The notes under the pieces: generated by a model
What the model saw: only the letters and a program-made list of their open reading frames with translations
The model's database searches: none
What the model was told of the DNA's origin: nothing
Program-made: the position numbers and the translations under genes
Origin: Acholeplasmataceae bacterium
GTDB taxonomy: Bacteria; Bacillota_I; Bacilli_A; Acholeplasmatales; Acholeplasmataceae
Direction: 5' to 3'
DNA: 40,546 nucleotides
NCBI GenBank assembly: GCA_016934175.1
Contig: JAFGTI010000044.1
Coordinates: 1 to 40,546, forward strand
In this document: piece after piece, positions 21,139-30,845 of the stretch
Numbering within the stretch: position 1 is the first letter of the stretch
Layout of the letters: every line of letters starts with the position of its first letter

Positions 21139-21909
21139 ATGATAGAATTCCAAAATGTGAGTAAGACGTATCCTAATGGAGTCGAAGCTCTAAAAAACAT
21201 ATCACTAAAAATAGAACCAGGTCAGTTTGTTGCTATTATTGGACTTAGTGGAGCAGGCAAATCAACGCTTATTAAACTCGTTAATAAAATGATTGATGTC
21301 ACAGAAGGTAACATTATTGTGAATGGTCTTAATATTCCAGACTTAAAGGGAAAAGCACTTAGACATTACAGACGTAGTGTTGGTATGGTATTTCAATCAT
21401 TTAATCTCATTAACCGTACGTCGGTTATCAATAATGTATTGGCAGCTAGAGTGCCAGATATGAAACCTGTTTTTAGTTTATTTGGTATTTTTACTAAAAA
21501 AGATAAAATGATCGCTTTAGAGGCCCTACATAAAGTAGGTATTTTAGAGAAAGCCTATATTCGGGCTGATCAACTTTCAGGTGGCCAGCAACAAAGAGTG
21601 GCTTTGGCTAGAACGTTAGCTCAAAATCCATCTATTATCTTAGCAGATGAACCTGTTGCTTCACTTGACCCAATAACGGCAAATCAAATTATGAGTGATT
21701 TTGAACGCATTAATAAAACTGAAAAAATCACCATTCTTGTTAATATGCATCATGTCGATTTAGCACTAAAATATGCTTCAAGAGTGATCGGTATCAATCA
21801 AGGTGAAATCGTCTATGATGGTGGTACAGATAATATTACAGAAGATATCTTGAAAACCATTTACGGGAGAGAGCTAACCGATGAAGACATTATGTTCAAA
21901 GATAAGTAA
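21139..21909 (+). CDS. phnC: Phosphonate ABC transporter ATP-binding protein
   Basis: GLSGAGKS, RADQLSGGQQQRV, ILADEPVASLDP. Confidence 0.93.
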   Translation: MIEFQNVSKTYPNGVEALKNISLKIEPGQFVAIIGLSGAGKSTLIKLVNKMIDVTEGNIIVNGLNIPDLKGKALRHYRRSVGMVFQSFNLINRTSVINNVLAARVPDMKPVFSLFGIFTKKDKMIALEALHKVGILEKAYIRADQLSGGQQQRVALARTLAQNPSIILADEPVASLDPITANQIMSDFERINKTEKITILVNMHHVDLALKYASRVIGINQGEIVYDGGTDNITEDILKTIYGRELTDEDIMFKDK

Positions 21910-22759
21910 TTTAATCAAAGGTTATATCGCTCGAAATGAGAGAAATAGAACCTCTGTTTTGAATGATGGAACCAGTATCGTTAGACCTTTTTCGTATGCA
22001 CTAATCATCTTTTTGATGGTATCAATCGTGTTTGTTTTCTTTTGGAATATGATTGTCACTGATTTTTTTAATAGATTTGGCTTTGTATTTTTCATCAATG
22101 GTTTACCTAATTTTTTCACAATTATACAAAAAATGATTGTTCAAGTCAACTGGTCATATTTTGATAAAGTGGTCCAACCATTAATTGAAACGATTAAGAT
22201 TTCTATTATAGGAACGCTAGGCGGAGCAATTATTGCAATACCTTTTGCAATTATTGCATCACAAAATATTATGGGTAAAAGTCGTATTCCAAATGCTGTT
22301 AAATTTTTTCTATCCATTGTAAGAACTTTTCCTACACTTGTTTATGCGCTTATCTTCTCATTTATTTTTGATTATGGTACATTTATTGGTGTACTTGCAA
22401 CCATCATTTTCACATTTAGTATTATTACAAAGATGATGTATGAAATCATTGAAGCTATTGATATGGGCGCATTTATTGCGATAGAAGCTACTGGAGCCAC
22501 CAAACTTCAAGCGTTTCGTGCTGCAGTTGTTCCCCAAATCCTTGGTCGATTTTATTCGGTAGTACTTTATAACTTTGAAATTAACTTACGTGCTTCTGCA
22601 ATTTTAGGTTTTGTCAATGCAGGGGGTATCGGAATTATAATGAATGATCAAATGGCACTCATGAAATATGGAAATGTCGCCGTGATTGTCTTAGCGTTAC
22701 TTGCAGTTGTTATTGTGGTTCAAAATCTGTCTCAGTACTTAAGAAGGAGGTTGTCATAA
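21881..22759 (+). CDS. phnE: Phosphonate ABC transporter permease
   Basis: RTFP, EAIDMG, YNFEINLRASAILGFVNAGGIG. Confidence 0.9.
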   Translation: MKTLCSKISNLIKGYIARNERNRTSVLNDGTSIVRPFSYALIIFLMVSIVFVFFWNMIVTDFFNRFGFVFFINGLPNFFTIIQKMIVQVNWSYFDKVVQPLIETIKISIIGTLGGAIIAIPFAIIASQNIMGKSRIPNAVKFFLSIVRTFPTLVYALIFSFIFDYGTFIGVLATIIFTFSIITKMMYEIIEAIDMGAFIAIEATGATKLQAFRAAVVPQILGRFYSVVLYNFEINLRASAILGFVNAGGIGIIMNDQMALMKYGNVAVIVLALLAVVIVVQNLSQYLRRRLS

Positions 22760-23562
22760 TGCAAACAGTCCTTCAGAAGTATAAAGAACGTCCCAAAAAT
22801 ACGATTAGAAATATCAGTGTTGTATCAATTATTTTATTTTTAACAGTATGGAGTACCGATGTAATTAATTATCCCGGAATATCTAGTAATGGTATTGCGA
22901 TTGCAAAAAATATTTTTAAAGCCTTATATAATCCTTCTTGGCATTTAATTTTTAGTGTTCAAGTGGACAGTATTCCATTTTTGATGTTTGAAACATTGGG
23001 TATTGCTTTTTTAGGTACTTTACTAGGAGCGGTACTATCAGTTCCATTTGCTTTCTTAACTGCAAAAAATATCGTAGGTAAATTCAATTTCTTAGGTAAC
23101 ACGATTATTACGACAATCAGATCATTTCCATTCTTTCTTATCGCGTTGATGTTTGTACGTGTTAGTGGACCTGGACCCATGACTGGTGTGCTCACGATTG
23201 GTGTGTTATCTATTGGTATGATTTCTAAACTATATATTGAAGTCATAGAAGATATTGATCCGGGCATTTTATTATCTCTTGATGCTTTAGGTGCTACGAA
23301 GTATCAAAAGATACGTTATGGTATTATTCCTCAATTGACAGCAAGTATCATATCTGTTGTCATTTACCGCTTTGAAATCAATGTTAAAAATGCTACAGTT
23401 TTAGGTATTGTTGGTGCCGGTGGTATTGGTGTAACTTTACTTACTGCGATGACCGCAGGAAGATGGAGAGACGCAGCTGCAGCTTTATGGGGCATCATCA
23501 TTGTTGTCCTGATTGTCGATTATTTATCAACTAAGTTGAGAAAACGACTTGTTAATGGTTAA
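22759..23562 (+). CDS. phnE: Phosphonate ABC transporter permease (second copy)
   Basis: IEDIDPG, YRFEINVKNATVLGIVGAGGIG. Confidence 0.9.
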   Translation: MQTVLQKYKERPKNTIRNISVVSIILFLTVWSTDVINYPGISSNGIAIAKNIFKALYNPSWHLIFSVQVDSIPFLMFETLGIAFLGTLLGAVLSVPFAFLTAKNIVGKFNFLGNTIITTIRSFPFFLIALMFVRVSGPGPMTGVLTIGVLSIGMISKLYIEVIEDIDPGILLSLDALGATKYQKIRYGIIPQLTASIISVVIYRFEINVKNATVLGIVGAGGIGVTLLTAMTAGRWRDAAAALWGIIIVVLIVDYLSTKLRKRLVNG

Positions 23563-23574
23563 TAGATAAGATAT

Positions 23575-23607
23575 AAGTATTTAGCATTCGTGCTAAATAC
23601 TTTTTTT
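23575..23607 (+). terminator. Terminator of the phn operon
   Basis: 12-bp stem AAGTATTTAGCA-TTCG-TGCTAAATACTT plus T-tract. Confidence 0.85.
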
Positions 23608-23656
23608 AATGGCAAATAAAAAAGATATAAGACTTATTAAACCAGCTTCTATCTTT

Positions 23657-25180
23657 TTATTTGATGACTTTGTAATTTTCGATTAGGTCAATTTTAAGTA
23701 CTGGATGTTCTTCGATATACGCTCTAATTAGATCAAAATAAGAAACAGGATAGGCAATAATTTTTATTGCCTGATTAAACATATCGAATCCTCCACTACC
23801 GACAGCTCTATATGAATTTAATGCTAATTTAAAAATTGAAGTAGGTTTAATATTTTTTCCTTTGAATTTTAGAGTCGTTATTCTCTCTCCAATGGGTTTA
23901 CTCACATCAATTATATAGTCAATGCCATCATAGACATCATAATTGTAATGTTCAACTTTTGGATATAAAAATTGAGGATGAATAACAATTTTATTATTTT
24001 CTAAACTAAAATAAGTTGCATTTTTCTCTAGAGCATCTTTGAGAAGTTTACCTGTGATTTCAAGAACAACAAGATCGTTTTCATAAGGAAAATTAACAGC
24101 AATATCATTAAGTGAGATATCGTGAGGAAAACCATGTGTTTCATTTGGCAGAGAAGCAATTGATAAATTAGCGCCAGTATAGTCTAATTGAATCTGATTG
24201 ATGAGTTGAAATAAGGGATGCTTTTTAATTCTGCAATCCAAAGGTGAATGAATGCGCATATCATTTTTTATCGTGCCTATCTTTTGTGATAAATAAGTAT
24301 TGGTTAATAAAATATCATCATGAATTAAGGATTCAATGGATTGATCAACAGTATAATTTGCCATTTGACAAATTGACGCATCAAGAATTTTATTTTTTTT
24401 ATCATCAAAATCTATTGTTACTTCACCAAAATCTTTGGCATTATGTGAAGTCTGTAATGCGATTCTATTGTCTTTTTTATAAACCATAGGTATATGTTGA
24501 TGACCTGTACATAAGATATCAATCTCTTTAATTTGAAAAAGTTCATAACCTTTATTTTCTACTGTGGGCGATGCATAAGATTGATGTGTATCTAAATTTT
24601 TGTTAAATCCACCATGATATAAAACAACAATCAAATCAGAATTCAAGGTTAGATTATTTTCATCGATAATCTTTTTAGTTGTTTCAACAGCATCTAAAAA
24701 AATCAAGTCTTTTAAATTTTCGGGTTTTTCCCAAAAGGGAATAAATTCTGTGGTAACCCCGATGATTGCAATTTTAATCCCATCAATCTCTTTGATTACA
24801 TGGGTCTTGAAGAAGGGTTGATTATCCTTATAAATATTGGCACAAAGAATTTCCCCATGATATTCTGATTGAAAAGAAGATAGATAAGATAGCCCATAAT
24901 TGAAATCGTGATTGCCTAGTGTTACAAATTCATAATTGAGTGCATTAAATACTTTAGCAACTGGATTCGGCAGTTTTTGTTTTCTTGAATAATCCAAAAG
25001 AGGAGATCCTTGTAAAAAATCACCATTGTCTAAAAGTAAGAATGAAGTCTCAAGTGTTTTTAAATAATTGGGTAACCTGGATAAACCAAAAGATCCATAG
25101 TTTTTATTCAAAAAATCATAGGCAGATAGCTTACCATGGGAATCTGAAGTATAGATAATATGTATTTGTTTTTTCATCAT
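23657..25180 (-). CDS. Bifunctional metallophosphatase / 5'-nucleotidase (CpdB/UshA-like), no signal peptide
   Basis: TSDSHG, DNGDFLQG, GNHDFNYG, GHQH; C-terminal YENDL and NSYRAVGSGGF. Confidence 0.9.
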   Translation of the reverse strand: MMKKQIHIIYTSDSHGKLSAYDFLNKNYGSFGLSRLPNYLKTLETSFLLLDNGDFLQGSPLLDYSRKQKLPNPVAKVFNALNYEFVTLGNHDFNYGLSYLSSFQSEYHGEILCANIYKDNQPFFKTHVIKEIDGIKIAIIGVTTEFIPFWEKPENLKDLIFLDAVETTKKIIDENNLTLNSDLIVVLYHGGFNKNLDTHQSYASPTVENKGYELFQIKEIDILCTGHQHIPMVYKKDNRIALQTSHNAKDFGEVTIDFDDKKNKILDASICQMANYTVDQSIESLIHDDILLTNTYLSQKIGTIKNDMRIHSPLDCRIKKHPLFQLINQIQLDYTGANLSIASLPNETHGFPHDISLNDIAVNFPYENDLVVLEITGKLLKDALEKNATYFSLENNKIVIHPQFLYPKVEHYNYDVYDGIDYIIDVSKPIGERITTLKFKGKNIKPTSIFKLALNSYRAVGSGGFDMFNQAIKIIAYPVSYFDLIRAYIEEHPVLKIDLIENYKVIK

Positions 25181-25508
25181 AGTCTCCTATTTTTCTAGTT
25201 CAATTATACACTATTTTATTTAATTATTAAGTTAATGAAACATAAAATCACCATATTTATAAACCAATCCAGAATATTTAGTTTGAACGCTTGTCAATTT
25301 GGATGGATACATAACAATAATAAAAAAATATTAAGAATAGATGAATTATATCTTACAATATTATTGAGTTGCAAAGATGTTTTTTTAATTGTGGTATTGT
25401 TAAGTCAACAGTTAATAGTAAGATTTTATATGAAGACTATTGCATCTTTTTAGAAAAGTGATAAACTGAAGGCATAAAGAGTATCTTTCACTGAAGAGGA
25501 AAAATCAT

Positions 25509-26225
25509 ATGAAAAAAATGATAATATTTGTTATATTGATACTCATCTTAACTGGTTGTCAACAAGTCGATACTGAAAAATTGAAACAAGAAATTAAAGA
25601 TGAACTTCAAGATGAATTAGTATTTGACATTAATGACTTAAATGAATATTTGCAGGAAGTTTCTTCTTATGCCTCATCTTGCACGATAAGTATCGAAGTT
25701 TCATTAGAAGAATCAACTATCCATGGATCTGGCTTTGTATATAAAAAGGAAGGCAATGATTATTACATACTTACAAATGAACATATCGTTAGATATTATC
25801 AATCAATAGAAATTTATAGTCCTCAAAATGAGCACTATATTCAAGCATCAATTGAGAAAGTTGATGCACATAAAGATTTAGCAATTTTAACAATGACTAC
25901 CACAGACCTCATAGGTATATGTGAAATTAGACAGACCGATTATAAGGTCGGAGAATTTGTACTAGCAATAGGATCACCATTAGAGCTAAGTTATTCAAAT
26001 ACAATTACTTTAGGTATTATATCAAGGCTAGATGAAACCTATATTCAACACGATGCATCAGTAAATATTGGAAACAGCGGAGGACCATTATTTAATTTAA
26101 AGAAAGAAATCATTGGACTTAATGTATCAAAAATCAATACTACATCAGCAAGTGGATCAACCGTCTCGGTTGAAGGTATTGGTTTTGCGATTCCACTTGA
26201 GCATTTAATTAATTTCATAACATAA
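25509..26225 (+). CDS. HtrA-like trypsin serine protease lipoprotein without PDZ domain
   Basis: Lipobox LTGC; TNEHIV, DLAIL, GNSGGPL; ends just after GIGFAIP. Confidence 0.88.
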   Translation: MKKMIIFVILILILTGCQQVDTEKLKQEIKDELQDELVFDINDLNEYLQEVSSYASSCTISIEVSLEESTIHGSGFVYKKEGNDYYILTNEHIVRYYQSIEIYSPQNEHYIQASIEKVDAHKDLAILTMTTTDLIGICEIRQTDYKVGEFVLAIGSPLELSYSNTITLGIISRLDETYIQHDASVNIGNSGGPLFNLKKEIIGLNVSKINTTSASGSTVSVEGIGFAIPLEHLINFIT

Positions 26226-26278
26226 GGCTAGTTACATATAATTGTTAAATAAATTGAATCAGAACAGGAGTGATTTAA

Positions 26279-29200
26279 ATGAGGAAATTGCTGACAGTTT
26301 TTGTGCTTTTTATGACAGTTTTTGCTTTTACAGGTTGTAATAATGATGATGGACAACTACCCGACCGGATAAAAATCGAAGATATGTGTGGAGGATCCGG
26401 TGAATATTTTGTGATTAATGGTGTTTGCGTTTTAAAAGAAGATATTTTATCTGATAGCATTACCATTAATGGTGAAGAGACAATTGTGGATTATATGGAT
26501 AGTATTGAACTCATGGATAGTTTTGTTGCAGATTTATCTGATTCAACAGGGTTAGCCGTAGTGCCTCGTGATGTTTTTGAAGCTCAGACACTATCCAATA
26601 AAGGACAGATGACAGATTTAATGCTTATGGCATCAGAGCTTGATGTTGATCAGGAAACTGCAAATTTGCTAGTTAAATTAACCGAAGAGGGATTCTTTGA
26701 AGAAGTTGGGTTTACTGACGAGCAAGGACATGATGTTACTATTATGTCAAATCCACTGGCATTAGAAATTTTTGGTGCCTATACTATTGTTGTTTTTGAA
26801 GTTGATTTAGGATATGAAAACACAGGTGATTTCACACAAAGAGTTTTTGATTCTCTTTATGCTGGAGGTATCTACCTCATTCATAATGAATCAGGTAAGA
26901 TGTTTGCTACGAAGGATATTGAATATACTGAAAACACGTATTCTTATACAGAGGATCATTCACGAAACGTTCAATTGACTGTGACACTTAATGAACCAGT
27001 TATTGAAGTTCAGCATATTCCTCGAGTTGAAGATGGCATGCCAGTTCTAGATGAAGAGGGGAATCAAATTATTGATGAAGTTTTAGTTCCCGTGTTGGAT
27101 GACGAAGGCAATCCTTTAATCTTCACTGAAGGACCCATGTTGACAGAATTTCAAGATGTTCCTTTAGTCGAATATTACAAAGTTCAACAAGTTGACGATG
27201 AAGGAAATCTTGTGTTTGATGAAAATAACGAACCAGTATATGATATTGTCGAAGAACCTATATTAGACGAAAATGGAGATCCAGTAGTTGAAAATAAGGA
27301 ATTCCCTGTCTTAGATGATGAGGGTAACCCAGTTTATCAGACAGAATTTCAAGTTGACTTGTTTATTGAAGATATTCGCACCATTACTGTTACTGAGTAC
27401 TATGCAACAGTAACTAATAATCCATTAAGTGGCGTAGCACAGCGATTTGTCGATCAAATTATAGCTGAATACTATAATTGGAATTATTATCGTGTCAATA
27501 ATTATATTATTTCTTCATGGGGATTTTCTGCAAGCGATGAAGACATCTTCTTTATGGAAAATAAGCAAAGCACTACAGATCCATCTAAATATGAGAATTA
27601 TGTCATCAAGTTATCTTTTGATTCAGAAAACAATGAATTACTTCTTGAAGATTATTTGAATGCGACTAAAGCTGGATTTGTTAACTGCGAAATTATTTTA
27701 GACCCAAGAAATAACAATATTATCTGCGATACTTGGGATAATAATATTAAAGTATACTCACAAACTGAAGGTTTAAAAACTATTCCAGACTCAGCTAATC
27801 TTAACCCTGTCACTTTTCCTAATGGCGATTTGTATTTCTATGACTATAGAGAAGAATATGTGGAAGAACTGGGATATTATACAGCTTTACTTTATGTAAT
27901 CAACTCTGATGGTACTTTATCTTCTAGCTATATTGAACTTGGCGAAAGAGAACAAGTATGCTACGATAACTGCTATAATTACATCAATTTTGATATGTAT
28001 GATATGGAAGGTAATCCTTATAATGAACAAGGCTACAACAATGCTAGTGTTATGCGTTCAGATGGCGATTTACTAATCTCTAATTCAGATTTACATATTA
28101 CTGAAATTGGAGAATTTGATTCCACTAGACCTGAATGTACTGATGCATATGGATGTTATGCTACAGTGAATTATGGTATTTATGATGGTGAAGAATTGAT
28201 TGTTAAGTTTGATGAATGGCTCACTTATTATCCAGGTGACGTAGCTCCCGCATATCAGGAAAATTATGATATCGATATGAATACTCAAGTTGAGTATCAG
28301 CAAGAATGGTCCGACGATGATAAACTTTGTGAAAATGGAGAAGTTGGATGTATCGATAATTATAATTTTGTTGATGAATCACTCAATTCATATGGATTAT
28401 GGTTCTATACTAATCAAATTATTTCGGAAGGCGAAAATTTCCTTGATAGAATTGTACTCGCTGAAGATAACAATGCTATTTATGAATATACAAAAGAAAT
28501 AAACGGTACTGTTTGTCAGGACGCAACATGTTATAAAGACGTTCAAGTAAGAATTTATGATGATGAAGGCGAAAAGATTGCAGAATCAATGACATACATA
28601 GAATACAATCAAGGAGACACTATACCTGTTTATATTGAATATCGTATGACAGAAAATACTGAGACAACCGAAAAATCAAACCACTGTGCTTACGAGTATG
28701 GCTGTTGGGAAAATTATGAAACATTTGATAATGTTTATTATGGAATAAGTTATCAATTCGGTGACACAATGTATGATACGATTGTGTTCGCTGAAACAGA
28801 TAAATCTACTTTCACAGAAGAAACATTAACGAGTTCAATGTGCATGGATCCATATGGATGTTACGTTGATGAGGTTATCTATATTATAGAAGATGATCTT
28901 GGAAATATAGTCTATGAGTTCAATGAATATGCTTATGTTGAATATGGATATCGTGCCCCATTCAAAGTAACTGCAACACTCAGTGATATTACTATTTTCA
29001 ATGAAAAAGTTTCAACACAAGAAATTGCTTTATGTGATGATCCAACATGTCATACAAGTGTTGAAATTGTTAGAAGCGATGGTTCACAAGGATGGGATTA
29101 CATAGGATGGGCTAATATTACATTTGTCGAAGGCGAACAATTGATATCAAGGATTATTTTGGGTGAAGATCAAGAACCAACTTCAGTTGTAGATCATCAA

Positions 29201-29875
29201 GTTTGTAACTTAGATGAGGGCTGTATCCAGTACACAAATAACTTTACAATACTTGATGAAGAAGGAAATGAATTACAAATTGAAGATCAAATGTATTACT
29301 CACTACCCGTCTATTTTGCCAAAGGTGAAAATTTGCCTGTTGATTCCAACTTTGATGTAACATTTACAATGAGTAATACAGAGTATATTATGAGTCGTTT
29401 AAATGTTTATGATTTCATTAATAATTTAAATGATGTGGTCATATTAGATACTAATCTATACTTAATTGAAAGATCTTCATGGACACAAGGACAAGACAAC
29501 GTTATTCTTACTTATGATGAAATAAATAATCGCTATTTAGCAATGTACACAAATCTTTCAGCTGTTACAGAAATCACTAAACTAGGAGATAGTTATGTTG
29601 CTATTAACGATGATGAAACAGCGATATATAAGTTTGAATACAATGTTGAATTATCAGATAATAACTATTATTACTTCGATGTTGCTAATATGACAGAAGG
29701 GCTACAAATTAATGGTGTTAATGATTTAATTATTGACTATGATGGTTCGATCTATTTCAAAGGTATAGATAATTTCATTCACGATATTACAGGATCAATT
29801 TCTGAAACTGGCGTAGTTACCATAGATACAAGCTATGTTGAACATGAAATCATTCGTATGCGTCCAATTAACTAG
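26279..29875 (+). CDS. Large acidic surface lipoprotein with DxxGN and Cys-pair repeats, function unknown
   Basis: 1198-aa ORF, RBS CAGGAG, lipobox FTGC, D/E/N/Y-rich composition. Confidence 0.85.
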   Translation: MRKLLTVFVLFMTVFAFTGCNNDDGQLPDRIKIEDMCGGSGEYFVINGVCVLKEDILSDSITINGEETIVDYMDSIELMDSFVADLSDSTGLAVVPRDVFEAQTLSNKGQMTDLMLMASELDVDQETANLLVKLTEEGFFEEVGFTDEQGHDVTIMSNPLALEIFGAYTIVVFEVDLGYENTGDFTQRVFDSLYAGGIYLIHNESGKMFATKDIEYTENTYSYTEDHSRNVQLTVTLNEPVIEVQHIPRVEDGMPVLDEEGNQIIDEVLVPVLDDEGNPLIFTEGPMLTEFQDVPLVEYYKVQQVDDEGNLVFDENNEPVYDIVEEPILDENGDPVVENKEFPVLDDEGNPVYQTEFQVDLFIEDIRTITVTEYYATVTNNPLSGVAQRFVDQIIAEYYNWNYYRVNNYIISSWGFSASDEDIFFMENKQSTTDPSKYENYVIKLSFDSENNELLLEDYLNATKAGFVNCEIILDPRNNNIICDTWDNNIKVYSQTEGLKTIPDSANLNPVTFPNGDLYFYDYREEYVEELGYYTALLYVINSDGTLSSSYIELGEREQVCYDNCYNYINFDMYDMEGNPYNEQGYNNASVMRSDGDLLISNSDLHITEIGEFDSTRPECTDAYGCYATVNYGIYDGEELIVKFDEWLTYYPGDVAPAYQENYDIDMNTQVEYQQEWSDDDKLCENGEVGCIDNYNFVDESLNSYGLWFYTNQIISEGENFLDRIVLAEDNNAIYEYTKEINGTVCQDATCYKDVQVRIYDDEGEKIAESMTYIEYNQGDTIPVYIEYRMTENTETTEKSNHCAYEYGCWENYETFDNVYYGISYQFGDTMYDTIVFAETDKSTFTEETLTSSMCMDPYGCYVDEVIYIIEDDLGNIVYEFNEYAYVEYGYRAPFKVTATLSDITIFNEKVSTQEIALCDDPTCHTSVEIVRSDGSQGWDYIGWANITFVEGEQLISRIILGEDQEPTSVVDHQVCNLDEGCIQYTNNFTILDEEGNELQIEDQMYYSLPVYFAKGENLPVDSNFDVTFTMSNTEYIMSRLNVYDFINNLNDVVILDTNLYLIERSSWTQGQDNVILTYDEINNRYLAMYTNLSAVTEITKLGDSYVAINDDETAIYKFEYNVELSDNNYYYFDVANMTEGLQINGVNDLIIDYDGSIYFKGIDNFIHDITGSISETGVVTIDTSYVEHEIIRMRPIN
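27041..27337 (+). repeat. Protein-level PVLD(D/E)EGN(P/Q) repeats, about 5-6 copies
   Basis: PVLDEEGNQ, PVLDDEGNP, QVDDEGNL/VFDENNEP, PILDENGDP, PVLDDEGNP. Confidence 0.85.
27959..29370 (+). repeat. Eight degenerate 52-64 aa repeats, each opened by a C-x(3-6)-C pair
   Basis: First Cys codons at 27959, 28136, 28328, 28514, 28685, 28841, 29033, 29204. Confidence 0.8.
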
Positions 29876-29907
29876 TTACAGAACGGATATTATTATCTAA
29901 ATCAATT

Positions 29908-29949
29908 AAAAAGTGTCGAGTGAACGGATGTTCATTAGACACTTTTTTT
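29908..29949. terminator. Bidirectional terminator between the lipoprotein gene and yigZ
   Basis: AAAAAGTGTC-G-AGTGAAC-GGAT-GTTCATT-A-GACACTTTTT. Confidence 0.8.
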
Positions 29950-29960
29950 ATTATAAATAT

Positions 29961-30566
29961 TTAGATTTTTATCCACAAAATTTCTCTTTCGAGTTCTTGA
30001 TGGCTAATCAGTTGATGTGATATATCATCAATGAATGATGGATTATCATCAAGTAACACAATTTTGTATTTTACAGTAGAAAGAAAGCTTTTATCAATAA
30101 TATTTGCTTTATTCTCAAAATAATGATCCATATGATTGATTAAGGAATATTCAAACTCTATTGTATATGAAGGGACTTGTTTTTTGTAATATAGTTTGAC
30201 TCTTTTTAAAGCTTCTGAGGTTGCTTTTGTATAGGCTCTAACTAATCCACCGCTTCCGAGCTTAATACCCCCAAAATAGCGTACAATAACACAAAGTATG
30301 TTTGATATATCATGATGCTTTAAAACTTCTAAAATAGGAATTCCAGCCGTTCTTGAGGGTTCTCCATCATCGCTTGCAGTAACATGTTCCATCTTTTCGC
30401 CAAATATAGATGCACTGCAATAATGATTGGCTTTAGGATAAGATTGTTTTGCATCTTCTAACAAAGTGGGGATTTCACCCTGATTATTAAGAGGATATAC
30501 AAGTGCAATAAATAGAGATTTATTAATTTCAATTTGATGGATTGTTTTTTCTTTAATATATTTCAT
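29961..30566 (-). CDS. yigZ: YigZ / IMPACT family protein
   Basis: SDDGEPSRTAG, VRYFGGIKLGSGGLVRAY. Confidence 0.93.
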   Translation of the reverse strand: MKYIKEKTIHQIEINKSLFIALVYPLNNQGEIPTLLEDAKQSYPKANHYCSASIFGEKMEHVTASDDGEPSRTAGIPILEVLKHHDISNILCVIVRYFGGIKLGSGGLVRAYTKATSEALKRVKLYYKKQVPSYTIEFEYSLINHMDHYFENKANIIDKSFLSTVKYKIVLLDDNPSFIDDISHQLISHQELEREILWIKI

Positions 30567-30845
30567 AGAATCACCAAATTTAGTATATCACAATGAATGT
30601 CATATGAGTTTATGAATTAGCATAACTAAATTGTCTTCTATGATGATTTGAATAAGTTCTAAATCTAATTTGATCTTTTTCATCAGCAATAAATCCATCA
30701 AGTATCATTGCGATATAGAATATAGTACTCCTTTTTAGAATTTCACATCACTATGAGTTTATTATCAATTTTATAATTCACTATTATAGATACTTGAGAC
30801 TACTAAAATATGTTAAGTCTTGGTATAATAGATACGGTGAATAGA

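Noticed and set aside
25235-25453. 72-aa intergenic ORF
   Set aside because: No SD, low-information AT-rich codons, and it lies across the divergent promoter region
25409-25496. Possible three-way RNA junction before the PDZ-less protease (CAGTT/AACTG, AATAGT/ACTATT, CTTTT/AAAAG)
   Set aside because: Stems are only 5-6 bp and AT-rich, with no match to c-di-AMP, c-di-GMP or other riboswitch cores that I know
27041-27337. Possible CRISPR or DNA tandem repeat
   Set aside because: The repeats are conserved at protein level with synonymous divergence and irregular spacing; no cas genes
29969-29977. Perfect DnaA box TTATCCACA
   Set aside because: A single copy inside the yigZ coding sequence; no cluster and no dnaA nearby
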